From Chiloscyllium plagiosum (Eukaryota): a stretch of DNA of 35,449 bases. Of this stretch, positions 12,576 to 24,702 are shown piece after piece. The translations under genes were made by a program, and so were the position numbers. Position 1 is the stretch's first letter, and every line of letters begins with the position of its first letter. The notes beneath the pieces are model-generated. The model was not told the origin of the DNA. It saw only the letters and a list, made by a program, of their open reading frames with translations, and made no database searches. The DNA lies in NCBI RefSeq assembly GCF_004010195.1, contig NC_057718.1:87916957-87952405 (forward strand), written 5' to 3'.

Positions 12576-13350
12576 TGAAATAATTGCGGGGGCTGATGCA
12601 AAAATTTTACTGAGATCAGCATAGCGATGCTTTGTGTGAGTAGGTGAGCTATATAAACTTTCTTCATCACATATGTCTCTGGCTGATATGGTAAAAGGGA
12701 TGACAACTTTTTAAAAATGTGAGCAAGAGAAAGCATTTACTTTGATTGGAAGGTCTGAGTTGCCTGTATTTACCCTGGCACAGGAACAAGTATCAGGCAG
12801 TGTTTTCTGGTCTCATAGATGCTATAAGCCTTCCTGGCCTGTTGAAACAGCCAAGCAGGAAATCAATTGCAGCTGAATGGGCATGGTTTCCATATAGAAT
12901 ATAAACAAATCTCCCTGCTTTGAACAAATGCTTGCTTTTGGTCATCGAACCATTATCTTGCAAGTGCTTAGTTTTCAGAACTCACAATTAATTGGTTGAT
13001 TATCATTCCAACACTCTCTCCCATATTTTCAAGTAGAAGGAAATTTTACTCTGCTTTAAATGTGTCTGTTGCTTGTCTCTAGTCACGGGGTGTCATGCTC
13101 ACCTTTCATCTGAGCAACAATGCCAATACACGCAAACCCAAGACTTACTGATCTGTCATGCTCATATCCAAGTTCATGAGTAACCTGGTACATTCCGCAC
13201 AAAGTGACAATCACCTAACCTCCTAGCCACATGACTGTGACTGACATCACAAGACTTTGTAATATATTCCCTAATGTCGGTTGGAAAGGAATTTACAAGA
13301 CAGCTATACAGATTGGGGAAATCTGTAAAAATAACTTTGTCTGTTTGGCA

Positions 13351-14895
13351 CTGGTGGTGATCAAGTTGTTGGAGAGAATCCTAAGGGATAGGATTTACAT
13401 GTAATTGGAAAAGCAAGGACTGATTAAGGATAGTCAATATGGCATTGTGCATGGGAAATCATGTCTCACTAACTTAATTGAGTTTTGAAAAAATAACGAA
13501 GAGGATTGAAGAGGGCAGAGTGGTGGACATGATCTATATGGACTTCAGTAAGGCGTTTGGCAAGGTTCCTCATGGTAGACGATTTAGCAAGGTTAGATCA
13601 CATGGAATACAGGGAGAACCAGCCATTTGGATACAGAGGCTAGTTCAGAGGGTGATAGTGGAAGGTTGCATTTCAGACTGGAGGCCTTTGACCAGTGGTA
13701 TGGCACAAAGATTGGTGATGGGTCCACTGCATTTCATCATTTATATAAAAGATTTGGATGTGAACACAGGAAGTATGGTTAGTAAGTTTGAAAATGACAT
13801 CAAAATTGGAGATGTATTGGACAGTGAAGAAGGTTACCCGAGAGTACAATCGAATCTTGATTAGATGGGCCAATGGGCTGAGGAGTGTCAGATGAATTTT
13901 AATTTAGATAAATGTGAGGTACCGCATTTTGGAAAGGCAAATCAAGGCAGAACGTATACACTTAATGATAAGGTCATGGGGAGTGTTGCTGAACAAAGAG
14001 ACCTTGGAGTGCAGGTTCATCATTCCTTGAAAGTGGAATCGCAGGTAGGCAGGATAGTGAAGAAGGTGATTGGTATGCTTTCCTTTATTGGTCGGTTCTT
14101 TGAGTATAGGAGTTGGGAGGTCATATTGCGGCTGTACAGGACATTGATTAGGCCACTTTTGGAATACTGCATGCAGTTCTGGTCTCCTAAAGGGTTCAGA
14201 AAAGATTTACCAGGATGTTGTCAGGAGGATTTGAGCTATAGGGAGAGGCTGAGTAGGCTGGGGCTATATTCCCTGGAGCATCGAAGGCTGAGGGGTGACC
14301 TCATAGAGGTTTCTAAAATATGAGGAGCATGGATAGGGTAATTAGACAAGGTCTTCTTCCTGGGGTAGGGGAGTCCAAACCTTGGAGGCATAGGTTTAAG
14401 GTGAGAGGGGAAAGATTTAAAAGGTACCTAAAGGGCAACATTTTCACGCAGAGGGTGGTGTGTGTATGGAATGAGCTGCCACGGAAGTGGTGGAGTCTGC
14501 TGCAGTTACAGTCAATTCTGCTGTAATGTGGTAGTTCCGTTCTCATGCAATCCCATGTTATAAGAAAATCATGTTCCAGCAGCACCATTTAAACCAATGG
14601 GGTTGAAATTGCATTATAACCAATACTCGCTTTAAAAGTCCGCACTGTAGAAACAGTGTCCCAATTCATCAATCGTTTTGTAATGAATTCACATTAATGA
14701 AACGTGCATTATAGCAGAACAACCTGTACAACATTTTAAAGGCATTTGGATGGGTATATGAATTGGAAGGGTATAGAAGGATATGGGTCATGTATTGACA
14801 AATGGGACTAGATTAATTTAAGATATCTAATCAGCATGGATAAGTTGGACCGAAGGATCTATTTCCGTGCTGTACATCTCTATGACTCTATGACT
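13351..14895 (+). mobile_element. CR1/HER1-type LINE, 5'-truncated, RT pseudogene
   Basis: VDMIYMDFSKAFGKVPH, SKFENDIKIG (decayed FADD), WQMNFNLDKCEV-like, YRERLSRLGLYSLEHRRLRGDLIE; ends in (TCTATGAC)n. Confidence 0.95.
14509..14726. mobile_element. Tc1/mariner (Tigger-like) MITE inserted in CR1
   Basis: TA TSD (14507-14508, 14727-14728); TIRs CAGTCAATTCTGCTGTAATG / CATTATAGCAGAACAACCTG; CR1 sequence resumes on both sides. Confidence 0.85.
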
Positions 14896-14909
14896 TTTAA
14901 TCCAGTGAA

Positions 14910-16815
14910 CATTCTAAAGCCTCCCACAGGAGCTTGATCAGATAAAATAATTGGCTTGTGTCAAGGAAAGGATGTTCCTCAAAAGCTCAGTTCTAAGGAT
15001 CATCTGGAACATAAGACCTATTTGATGTTCTGACTTATAATGGAAGGAAGGTGCTTGATAAAGTAATGAAGGATGGTTGTACAAAGGCACTGTCAGGAAT
15101 ATCTGCAACAATGACCTTGGATTAGGATGATTGGCCTCCAACAGTCACAGCTATTGTTCGTTCTGCTGTGCCTGAGCAGTATTCAGCTTTCCCCTGATCC
15201 CTATCGATTTAAATTTTGGCAGAGTTCTTTCAAGCCATATTCTGCCAAATGTTGCTTTGTTGTCAAGGACATTCACTATCATCTCACCTCTTGAATTCAG
15301 TTCTTTTGTCTATGTTCTGAGGAAGGCCAGGAGATTAGGAGTTGAGTATTCCTGGCTGAAGCCAAACTGAATGTCAGTGAGTAGATTATTGCTGAATGAA
15401 TGCCACTTGAGAAGACCCCTTCCATCACTTTGCATCAGATCTAGAGGAGGATGGTTGTTTGGTATTTGGCCAGGTTAAATTTGCCCTATTTATTGTGGTA
15501 GTACATGGTAATTTTCCGCATTGTTGGATGAATGCAGTGTTGTAGCTATATTTGAATAACTTGGCATAAAATATGCTACTTAGCTAGTTCTGGATCACAA
15601 GCCTTCATTACTGTTGTTGTAAGGAGCTTTGCAGCATCTCTAGTCATTTTTTATTAATACATGGAGCCAAGTGGCCTTGTGTTGTAGTTTGATATCACAT
15701 TTGTAAGTATACCTGGGTGCTCTTGCCCTCCCGCAGTCTTCATTGAAGGGTTGATCACTTGGCTTGATGATAATGGTAGAATGAGGAATTTGTCAGGGTG
15801 ATGAGTTTAAACATTGTGGTTGAATACATTTCTGCTTCTGTTGATGGTCCATCTCAACTCTCATGGATGTTCAGTTTTGAGCTGTTTTACATCTGTTCCA
15901 AATGTATCTTATTTCAACATTGGTAGTGCGACACAATATGGTGAGTGCTACCCTCAGAAAGAAGATGAGACTCCCTGTTTATTAGTCACTTTTATCAACG
16001 CTACAGTGAATCGATGTGACAGGTAGATTGTTGAGGATAAGAGCTAGTAAGACTTTTATCCCTTCTATTTGTTTCCTCATAACCTACAACATGCCTAATT
16101 TGGGAATATATTCTTTTGGACTCAGCCAGTTCTGTTGGTTGTAGTGCTACTGAGGGAAGTTTGATAATGGACATTGTCTGCACCCAGATTACATTCTGTG
16201 CCCTTGCTCCCCTCAATGCTGCATCCATGTGGCATTTGACATGAAGTTGTGCTGATTATTCAGCTGAGGTAGAGCAGATGGTGGTAATCAGTAGGAAATT
16301 TCTTTTCCCAAGTTTGACCTAATGCCATGAGACTTCATGGGGTCTGGAGTCAATGTTGAGGACTCCCAGGCTAACTCAGTCCTGAATGTATCCAATTGTA
16401 CTGTACCACTGCTGAGTCTGCCCTATTTGTAAGGACAGGGATTATCAGATGATGTCAGTGTCTAGGATATTGGAAGAATATAATTACAGGGAGTCCCCCT
16501 ACTTATGAATGTCCATGCTTACAAATGTGATCCCGTACAGAGGTGTAATTTTAAAGAGCTGACAAACAAATATTTCTTGTACTTAGGAATGACTAGTTTA
16601 TATTGTCCTGCATTGTGTTCCAACTTGTGCATAAATCACCTTGTGAATGGATTCCATAATGGAACTTTTTTGCAACCTGGGGACTGTGTGTATGTTAGGC
16701 TGCTGCCTGACTAGTTTATGGGACAGTTGCCCCAAAATTTGCACAATATGCTTGTAAGGAGCACCTTTCAGGTCAATATAGCTGAGTTTGCTGTCGTTGC
16801 TTCCATTGTATTAAG
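14910..16815 (-). mobile_element. Old APE-RT non-LTR retrotransposon, clade unassigned, heavily decayed
   Basis: Minus strand: SNNLLTDIQFGFSQ (~15350-15395) and VLDNKATFGRIW (~15235-15271, RT motif); 16280-16390 homologous to 23085-23250 (+). Confidence 0.7.
16487..16690. mobile_element. Tigger-like MITE
   Basis: TA flanks (16485-16486, 16691-16692); imperfect TIRs CAGGGAGTCCCC / GGGGACTGTGTG. Confidence 0.7.
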
Positions 16816-16826
16816 ATAATTGATTC

Positions 16827-17409
16827 AAGTTGGGAGGTCATGTTGCAGCTGTATAGGACATTGGTTAGGCCATTGGTTGGAATATTGCGTGCAATTCTGG
16901 TCTCCTAGAGGAAAGATGTTGTGAAACTTGAAAGGGTTCAGAAAAGATTGACAAGGATGTTGCCAGTGTTGGAGGATTTGAGCTATAGGGAGAGGCTGAA
17001 CAGGCTGGGGCTGTTTTCCCTGGAGCGTCGGAGGCTGAGGGGTGACCTTATAGAGGTTTACAAAATTTTGAGGGGCATGGATATGGTAAATAGGCAAAGT
17101 CTTTTCCCTGGGGTCGAGGAGTCCAGAACTAGAGGGCATAGGTTTAGGGTGAAAGGGGAAAGATATAAAGGAGACCTACGGGACAACTTTTTCACCCAGA
17201 GGGTGGTACATGTATGGAATGAGCTGCCAGAGGAAGTGGTGGAGGCTGGTACAATTGCAACATTTAAGAGGCATTTGGATGGGTATATGAATAGGAAGGT
17301 TTTGGAGGGATATGGGTGGGTGCTGGGAGGTGGGACTAGATTGGGTTGGGATATCTGGTCGGCATGGATGGGTTGGACCGAAGGGTCTGTTTCATCTCTA
17401 TGACTCTAT
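16827..17409 (+). mobile_element. Young CR1/HER1-type LINE 3' portion
   Basis: KLERVQKRLTRMLP..YRERLNRLGLFSLERRRLRGDLIEVYKI..FFTQRVVHVWNELPEEVV; TCTATGACTCTAT tail. Confidence 0.95.
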
Positions 17410-17414
17410 TAGCT

Positions 17415-17535
17415 TTCCATTCCAAATTTTAAAAATCAATCAGTTGAATTTAAATGCCACTAACTGCCATGGTGCCAAGATATAAGCTGGGGACTCTGGA
17501 TTAGTGGTCCAATGAACTTACCAGTCCAACACCAA
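17415..17535 (-). mobile_element. tRNA-SINE-like 5' head, degraded
   Basis: rc tggtaagttcattggaccactaatccagag...caccatggcagttagtggcatttaaattcaa resembles a recalled shark SINE/LINE head; B-box missing. Confidence 0.45.
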
Positions 17536-17629
17536 CTCGACATGCAGGTTAGTTCTGCTAAAGTTGAGTTCAGTCAGATAACTGATGAGAGATACTTATC
17601 GGTCACCGGACCAGGAAAAGTTCTCCTGG

Positions 17630-17800
17630 TCTTCTTTAAGATAGTTCCACCCAAGATGGCAGGCAGGGACTTGGTTTAATGTCTTATCTGAAAGACATAA
17701 CCTAAGGACAATGTAGTACTCCCTACGTAATGGACTGGATTGGTAGCCTAGATTACTTGCTCAAATCTGATGAAGGGGGTTTGAACATAACCAAATTCAT
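17630..17800 (-). mobile_element. Deu-domain SINE 5' half
   Basis: ttggtttaatgtcttatctgaaagac..gtactccct..agcctagatt..tgctcaa..gggggtttgaac (B-box rc). Confidence 0.65.
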
Positions 17801-17969
17801 AGACAGAAATACTACTTTCTAAATAAAACCAACACACATAATACAATGACAATAGGTATATTGCAAGAACGAGTTTCCATGAGCTAATATTTCACCTCTC
17901 CATCTCTTTGCAATATTTTGGTGCATAACCAAAGGTGTAGAAAGATGTAAATGGCCTCCAAATGATTAT

Positions 17970-18050
17970 TATGTCATTTAGTTGGATGTGATTTTGTGAA
18001 GAACAATGTCAACAGCATGGGTTCAATCCCTGTATCGATGGATGTAGTTC
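17970..18050 (+). mobile_element. tRNA-derived SINE head fragment
   Basis: A-box-like tttagttgg and B-box GGGTTCAATCCC at 18019-18030. Confidence 0.5.
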
Positions 18051-19339
18051 TTGGAGTGTGTCTTTCTGCCTTTCCCCATAGGGGTGTTGTGAGAAAGATT
18101 TTAAAAGAGGAGAAACAGGCAGCAAGATGTAGGAAGGCATTTCCAAAGTTGAGGATCTCGGTAGCTGAAAGCCAGTGGCAGGGTGAAGGGAGTCCAGGAT
18201 ATGCAAAATCTGGTATGCAGTGATCATGGAGGTTTGTTGTGTTGGAATGAGTTACAAAGATAGACGCTGTGGACCGTATAAATGCAAGTATGAGTTTAAA
18301 TGTCGTCTGCAATTAGATTCAAAACTTGCAGAGGATACAAATATTAAATCCATCACTTTTAGGTCTGTTTCTCATTAAACTATTTGACTATGAAACTTAT
18401 AATGTGAATGGATCCACTTTAAGAATGTCAGCTAAAGAATTATCTCTCTGGTTTTTATTTTAAGAGCCTTCTGGTTCAACTTATTTTTTTCTGAAGTTTT
18501 TGTCCCAACCCTGATGATAGTGAATCCATCATCTGGTAGCATGTCTTAGATTGTTTGCTGATTACCTTGTGCACTATTTCCTCAGCTATATCAGTTAGTA
18601 AGCTACCCGTAAATTAGACTTTGTTTCAATCAGATTGATTGCATTAATTTGCTTGAACTTAATTGTTGCCTAATTTACTTGGCTGAATTTACTAATTTTA
18701 GGCCAATGTATTCGTGTGAGCAATGCATAGCAAAAATGGTGCATTCTAAACAAAAGTGGACAAGTGTAAGCTAAGTGTGTTGCAGGTAATGGAGGAGGCC
18801 TTCTTTGACATTATTCTGTGCACCCTGACTGGCTGCTAGAAGCTACTAATTTCAGATTCTTCATGTTCTGTCATCTGATTCTAAATCTGGTACAGGAAAT
18901 CCTGAAGACCTATTAACTTTCAGTACAACTTCGTTACATCTCTTGGGAACACTTCAATGTGAGGCAAAGCAGGCATGGAGTATTCTTGTGATTTCTTTCA
19001 TTACCTGAATGGTCGATGGCATGTAGGATCCTGACAGAGCTTCAGCGCCAGTCTGCCAGTTTGGGTTGTCAGATTACCCTATTTCAGGCAATTGGGATGG
19101 AATGAAAATTACTTACTGATCATATCCATCCAAACCCGCTTCCAAGTGCCAATCTGTACCTACACCATAGGACTGGAATGAATTAGAAAACCGGTTACTA
19201 CCACCTGCTTAAAGCAATCAGCAAAAGACACTAAATGCTGGCCGAGCCAGAAATGCCTGTAAAATTTGAATGAATGAAAAGTTAGTCTGTCAGCCTTAGG
19301 AAGTCAGAAACAAAGTCAATTCAAATCTCAGACAAGACC

Positions 19340-19690
19340 CACCTTAGGCCTGAAATGCCTTGAATTTAAATTTCTCATCCTTGTTTTCAAGTTCCTCCAT
19401 GATGTCATAATTCCTATCTCAGTAACCACCTCCTGCTGTACAGCTCTTCAACATGTCTTGATTTTGTTTGCTGGACTGCTGGTGGCCCAGCCGTTAGCTC
19501 TGAAATTATCTCCCTCAACTTCTGTATCCTCCTTTAAAAACCCTCCTTAAAACTATTGCCTTTGATCAAGCTTTTGGCCAACTGTTCTAATATTTCCTTG
19601 CATGGCTTGGTGCCTAATTTTGTTTGCTTGTTTGCGAAGCCTCTTGGACCATACATTCAAGGCAACAGGATGTTGTTATATTTACTATAG
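19340..19690 (+). mobile_element. L2-like LINE 3' fragment
   Basis: tttaaatttctcatccttgttttcaagttcctccatg...cctccttaaaac..tttgatcaagcttttggcca, homologous to 9925-10160. Confidence 0.65.
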
Positions 19691-20087
19691 CAGGAGGATG
19701 CAATGTTGTAAGGCAAATGAGACTGAGAAAAAATTAATAACCAGGAAGAGCAAAGAGAAAGGACTGGCAATCATAGTTGGGAATAAGTGTCATGTACTAT
19801 GACCGTCTGTGCGGCGGAGTAACATTCAGAAACTATACTGAAGTTTGTTGGCTAAAAAAAAACAAAGCACGTGGAAATAAAGGGAAATACTTTACATAGA
19901 GATTAGGGAATGGTGCCAATAGCAGGATTCTATCAACTGTTCCCTACAATGACTGTGGCATCATTATCTTCCAGTCATATCATACATCAAATATGTTTGT
20001 TAATTCAACAGGCCTGGGAAACAAAATAATTGTTTCTTTTTAATTCAGAATGTTATTTACCTTCACTTATTCCCAGGGAGATGTGGT

Positions 20088-20312
20088 TGTCATAGAGGTT
20101 TCCAGCACAGAATAAAGGCTTTTCAGCCCATAGAGTATACATCAGTCAGAAACACCTATACTTATCACATTTTCCAGCACTTGGCCTATAGCCTTGTATT
20201 CCTTGGCATAGCAAGTATACTTACATAGTCATAAACTCATACAGCACAGAAACAGGCCCTGCAGCCCACCATGTCCATACCAATCAACAAACACCAAACT
20301 AATCCCATTTAC
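20088..20312 (-). mobile_element. Two tandem CR1 3' tails
   Basis: tcatagag..cagcacagaa..aggc..ttcagccca and catag..tacagcacagaaacaggccctgcagcccaccatgtcc. Confidence 0.7.
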
Positions 20313-20545
20313 CATAGATTTAGGGTGAGAGGGGAAAGATATAAAATGGACCTAAGGACAACTTTTTCACGCAGAGGGTGATGCAAGTACGGAATGAGCT
20401 GCCAGAGAAGTAGCAGACACTGGTATATGAATAGGGGCCAAGTGCTGGCAAATGGGACTAGATTAGGTTGGGATATCTGGACAGCATGGACAAGTTGGAC
20501 CGAAGGGTCTGTTTCTGTGCTGTACATCTCTATGACTCTCTATGG
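20313..20545 (+). mobile_element. CR1 3' fragment with internal deletions
   Basis: Matches 17137-17409 with gaps; tctctatgactctctatg tail. Confidence 0.9.
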
Positions 20546-20804
20546 TTTAGATCATTTATGGAAAAAAATAAGAAGCAAATGTGAGTCACTTAAGGAAATC
20601 CAGTTTCAGTGGCATCAGAATGGATCTGTCCTGGATAAACTGGAATCAACACTTGGTAGGCCAACCCACAATAGAACATTGGACTGTCTTTATTTAAAGA
20701 GGAGATAGTTTGGGTGAAATTAGGTATTTTCCATTTTTTTTGGAAGGGAGGATGCAAAGAGAGAGAAGAGAGATAAAGAAGGCAACCCCTACAGAACTTT
20801 ATTG

Positions 20805-22085
20805 ATGTCCAGTGACATACACATCCCTTGATCATCAACCTCTGCTTCCTGCCACTCAGTCAATTCTTTATCCAATTTGCCAAATTTCCTTGGTTCCCAT
20901 GAGCTATTATTATCTTTGCTATCAATTTCCCAAGCATAACTTTATCAAAGGCTTTGCTAAAGTCAAATTAGACTGCATTGAATACATTGCCCTTATATAG
21001 ATACGAGATTACCTCTTTGAAAAATTGAATTCTGTCCCTCAGAATTGCTTCCAATTGTTTCTCAACCACTGAGGTGAGACTGACTGGCCTATAGTTTCCT
21101 CGTTTATCACTTAACTTCCTCCATGAATAGCGGTACCATGTTAGCTGTGCTCCAGTCCTCTGCACTACTTCTTTGGCCAGGGAGGAATTGAAAATTATTG
21201 CCATCACCCCTGCTATTTCCCCCTGTGTTTCACTCAACAGCCTGGGATACATTTCATCTGACACTGGAGATTTGTCTACATTTAAGCCTGCCAAACCACT
21301 CAGAATTTCCTCTCTGCCTATGCTCACTTCTTTAAGTATATCACAGTCTTTCCCCCTGATTTCTATACCCACATCATCCCTCTCACTAGTGACCAGTGAT
21401 ACCACAGTATTCATTTAGTCATGTCCCCTGATCACCGTGATCCTTAATGAGCCTTACTCTTTGCCTGGTTATCCTTTTATCCTTAATATAGTTATTGAAT
21501 AACTTTATTTTACATGCCATTACTTTTTCATGCCCCCTTTTTGCACTTCTGATTTCCTTTATAAGTTTCCCCTCGCATATTCTGTACTCCTACATGGCTT
21601 CTGCTGTTTTCAGCCCCATAAGTCTCCCTTCATTTCCTCATTATCCAATCCTGTACATCCCGTGATATCCAAAGTTTACAGAATTTGTTGACCTTTGTCT
21701 TTATTGGAACATGTTGGCCCTGTACTCTCCCTATTTCCTTTTTGAATGCATCCCACCACACTGACACAAATTTACATAAAATATTGGGTTCCTATCTAGC
21801 CGAGTCATGTCTGATGCTCCGCCATTTCAGGACTTTGATTAAATCCCCTATTATCACTATCCTATTACTTTTACACTTCTCTGAAATTTAAATACATATC
21901 TGCTTTCTATTTCTCTTTGATTATTAGAGAGGGGCTATAGGACACTCCTTGCAACATGATTGTTCCTTTTGGTTTTTAAAGTTTTATCCATACAGCTTCA
22001 TTTGAGAAGCCTTCTCAAATGTTATCCCTCCTTACTGCTGTAATTGATTCCCTGAACAAAATTGTAACACACCCTCCTCCCTCTT
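20805..22085 (-). mobile_element. CR1-type LINE internal ORF2 fragment
   Basis: LNVDKSPVSDEMYPRLL, GNYRPVSLTSVVEKQLEAILRDRI, DFSKAFDKV (~20938-20970). Confidence 0.9.
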
Positions 22086-22104
22086 GTCAGTTGGGAACTT
22101 TGTG

Positions 22105-22535
22105 GGTTTAGGTTTCATCCCAGTGAGCTGAACACAAAATGTAAGGTGAGGCTCTAGTACAGTGCCACAATGTTAGAAAAACTTTTCTATAGTAAACATA
22201 AAAATCCCATACCTGAAAATGTGTTGCTGGAAAAGCACAGCAGGTCAGGCAGCATTCAAGGAGCAGGAGAATCGACGTTTCGGGCATGAGCCCTTCTTTT
22301 GGCATTATTCTGAAGAACCAGGAAGATTCCCTGCTGTATCTCTCAATATTTATCCTCCTACTAACATCATTTAAACAAATAATCTGATCATTACCTCACC
22401 ATTGGTAGTTTGCTACTTGTAAATTAACTGCTAAGTTTCCGACATTACAACAGTGATTGAACTTTCAAGAGTGACTAGTGTTTGAGCTGATTTGAACTCT
22501 TGAAAGGTGTTATATTTAAAGTATATCTTTCTTTT
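22105..22535 (+). mobile_element. Deu-domain SINE interrupted by a PLE fragment
   Basis: caatatttatcctc..aatctgatcatta..tttccgacattacaacagtga..tgaaaggtgttatat tail. Confidence 0.6.
22213..22298 (-). mobile_element. PLE terminal fragment
   Basis: aaatgtgttgctggaaaagcacagcaggtcaggcagcat..gagaatcgacgtttcgggcatgagcccttct; truncated inside the CUGA box. Confidence 0.85.
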
Positions 22536-22684
22536 TAATCTGACTGCTCATTAGAATGATAAATTTTCATTTTTATGAACCTACTCCTGCAGTTTCAGTG
22601 CTCAAGAAATCAAGGTGAAATTTGCAACTGGAGATTTGGGTATATCCACCCCAACCCAAAATCAGAGTAGTGTGTTTTTTCCAT

Positions 22685-24010
22685 TCACAAGTGAAATTGC
22701 CTACCAAACCACTCAGTTGTAGCAACCTACTAATAAGTCTAAAAAGAATTCAATTGAATGGATCATCTTGCATCAATTTAGGTACTGGAAACAACAATAG
22801 CAAACTCACCTTTTCATCCTCACAAAGTTGGAGTGCCCATATGGTCTTGTCTGGTTTTGGATTATAGTTGGATTGATCCAATTGGAGTGAAGGATCTATT
22901 TCCATGCTATATGACTCTATAAACATGTCCTTACTAACCTCTGGAACCTGTGCCAAAATTGGGACAGCTGTCCCACACACTAATCAAGCACAACCTGATT
23001 TAGTCACACTCACCAAATTACATCTTACAATACCCCTGTCCTCACCAATAGCACTCGCAGGTATATCCCTCCTACTGGCAGAACAGACCCCCTGGCATCA
23101 AATCAAAGTTGGGCAGGAAATGGAAGGATATGGGCCAAGTGCCCATATGGTCTTGTCTGGTTTTGGATTATAGTTGGATTGATCCAATTGGAGTGAAGGA
23201 TCTATTTCCATGCTATATGACTCTATAAACATCCTTCTGATTATCATCTACTACTTCACTATGAGTATGACTCCAAGAAATGTATTGATATGATCTCCCC
23301 ATTGTTCAGATGGGGGATAATTATGGAGCCTCCTCTGCCAGCATTCTTCTTATTTGGGTATAGCAAGACAGCAGAGTTTAAATATGATTCAGAAGGTGGA
23401 ATTGTTTAGCTCTGACTATCACATGCCACTTCTCCAATACTCCTCCATACTGTATGCCGATTGAAAGAGATAGCAAGGGTACAGGATGTAATGCTTGTCA
23501 ATATCCATTTCCAAAAGTGGTTCAGTGGCATCAATGCTAGCCAAGACCTAGATCACATAGTTGATAAACTGATGTGTGGCAGATGGCGAGAAAACATACA
23601 GGAAAGAACACTTAGTAGATGTCATCCTCACCAATCAACCTGTCACAGTTGCATTTGTCCATGACAGTGTTGGTAGGAGTGAACACCACAAGGTCTTTGT
23701 GGAGCCAATGCCCATCTTTCATGATAAAAATTCTTTCACTTGTGTGGTGCCACTACCACTGTATTAAATTAAAAAGATTTTGAACGGATCTTGCAATTCA
23801 AAGCTGGCCATCCTTCATGTGTTATGGACCATCTACAACAACAGAATTGTATTCAGCATACCTGTGACCTCTGCCCATCATATCCTCCAATTTACCATTA
23901 CCAATAAACCAAGGTATCAATTCTGGTTCACGAGTGCAAGAGGCATACTAGAAGTTACACCAGACACACATAAAAATGAGGTGTCAACCTGGTGAAACTA
24001 CGAATCAGGA
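22685..24010 (+). mobile_element. Old non-LTR retrotransposon 5'/APE region (same family as 14910-16815)
   Basis: LVDVILTNQPV..DSVGRSEHHKV (decayed LDLILTN...SDH of AP endonuclease); cut at right by the L1. Confidence 0.7.
22832..23232 (+). repeat. Perfect 95-bp direct duplication of a CR1 tail
   Basis: 22832-22926 identical to 23138-23232. Confidence 0.95.
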
Positions 24011-24011
24011 T

Positions 24012-24702
24012 GACTTGCTGCGATTGAGGAAATCCGTGGGGAGATTCGTGCCCAGGTCCAACCTATCGCATCCATGCTGTAGAAGCATGAGCAGGAGATC
24101 CAGGGTCTTGGGGAGAGGCTGGAGGAGGCGGAGGGTCGAACTAAGACCTCGGAAGCTGTGATGGAATCCTCGTCCAGTCGGATGCAGGTGCTGGAGCGAG
24201 AGGTGCGGGCCTTGAGAAACCATATCGATGACCCCGAATTGTCGGGCTCCCTGAAGGTGAGGAAGGTGAGCAGACAGTCAGCTTCTTTGAAAGCTGGCTA
24301 CCGAAATTTTTGGGCCTTCACATCCAGTCCAGCAGATTGCAGATTGAAAGGGCGTATCGGTTTACAGTGCACAGGTCAGGCCCAGTGCTGCACCCCCGCT
24401 CAATCCTAGTGCAATTCCACTCATATAAGGACAAGCAAAAAGTCATAGAAGCTTCCAGATCCCTGGGAAAAGATCCACAGGCACTGCTGTACGAGGGGTC
24501 AAAAATCATGTTTTTCCAGGATTTCTCTGCAGTTGTAATTCGAAAGAGGAAGTCCTTCGATTAAGTTAAAAAGAGGCTGAGGAACCTGGGCATCCAGTAC
24601 TCCATGAGATACCCCGCAGTACTTCATTTCAGCCACGAGGACTCAGTTTATACATTTGACTCGGCGGATAAGGCTAAAAACTTTGTGGACACTTTAAAGT
24701 AG
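24012..24702 (+). pseudogene. L1 ORF1p (coiled coil-RRM-CTD), frameshifted
   Basis: RIVGLPEGEEG, QIERAYR, PRSILVQFHSYKDKQKV, KIMFFQDFS, YSMRYPAVL; premature stop at 24562. Confidence 0.9.

Noticed and set aside
18000..18050. B-box GGTTCAATCCC as a tRNA gene (also 2275-2286)
   Set aside because: No cloverleaf; these are SINE heads
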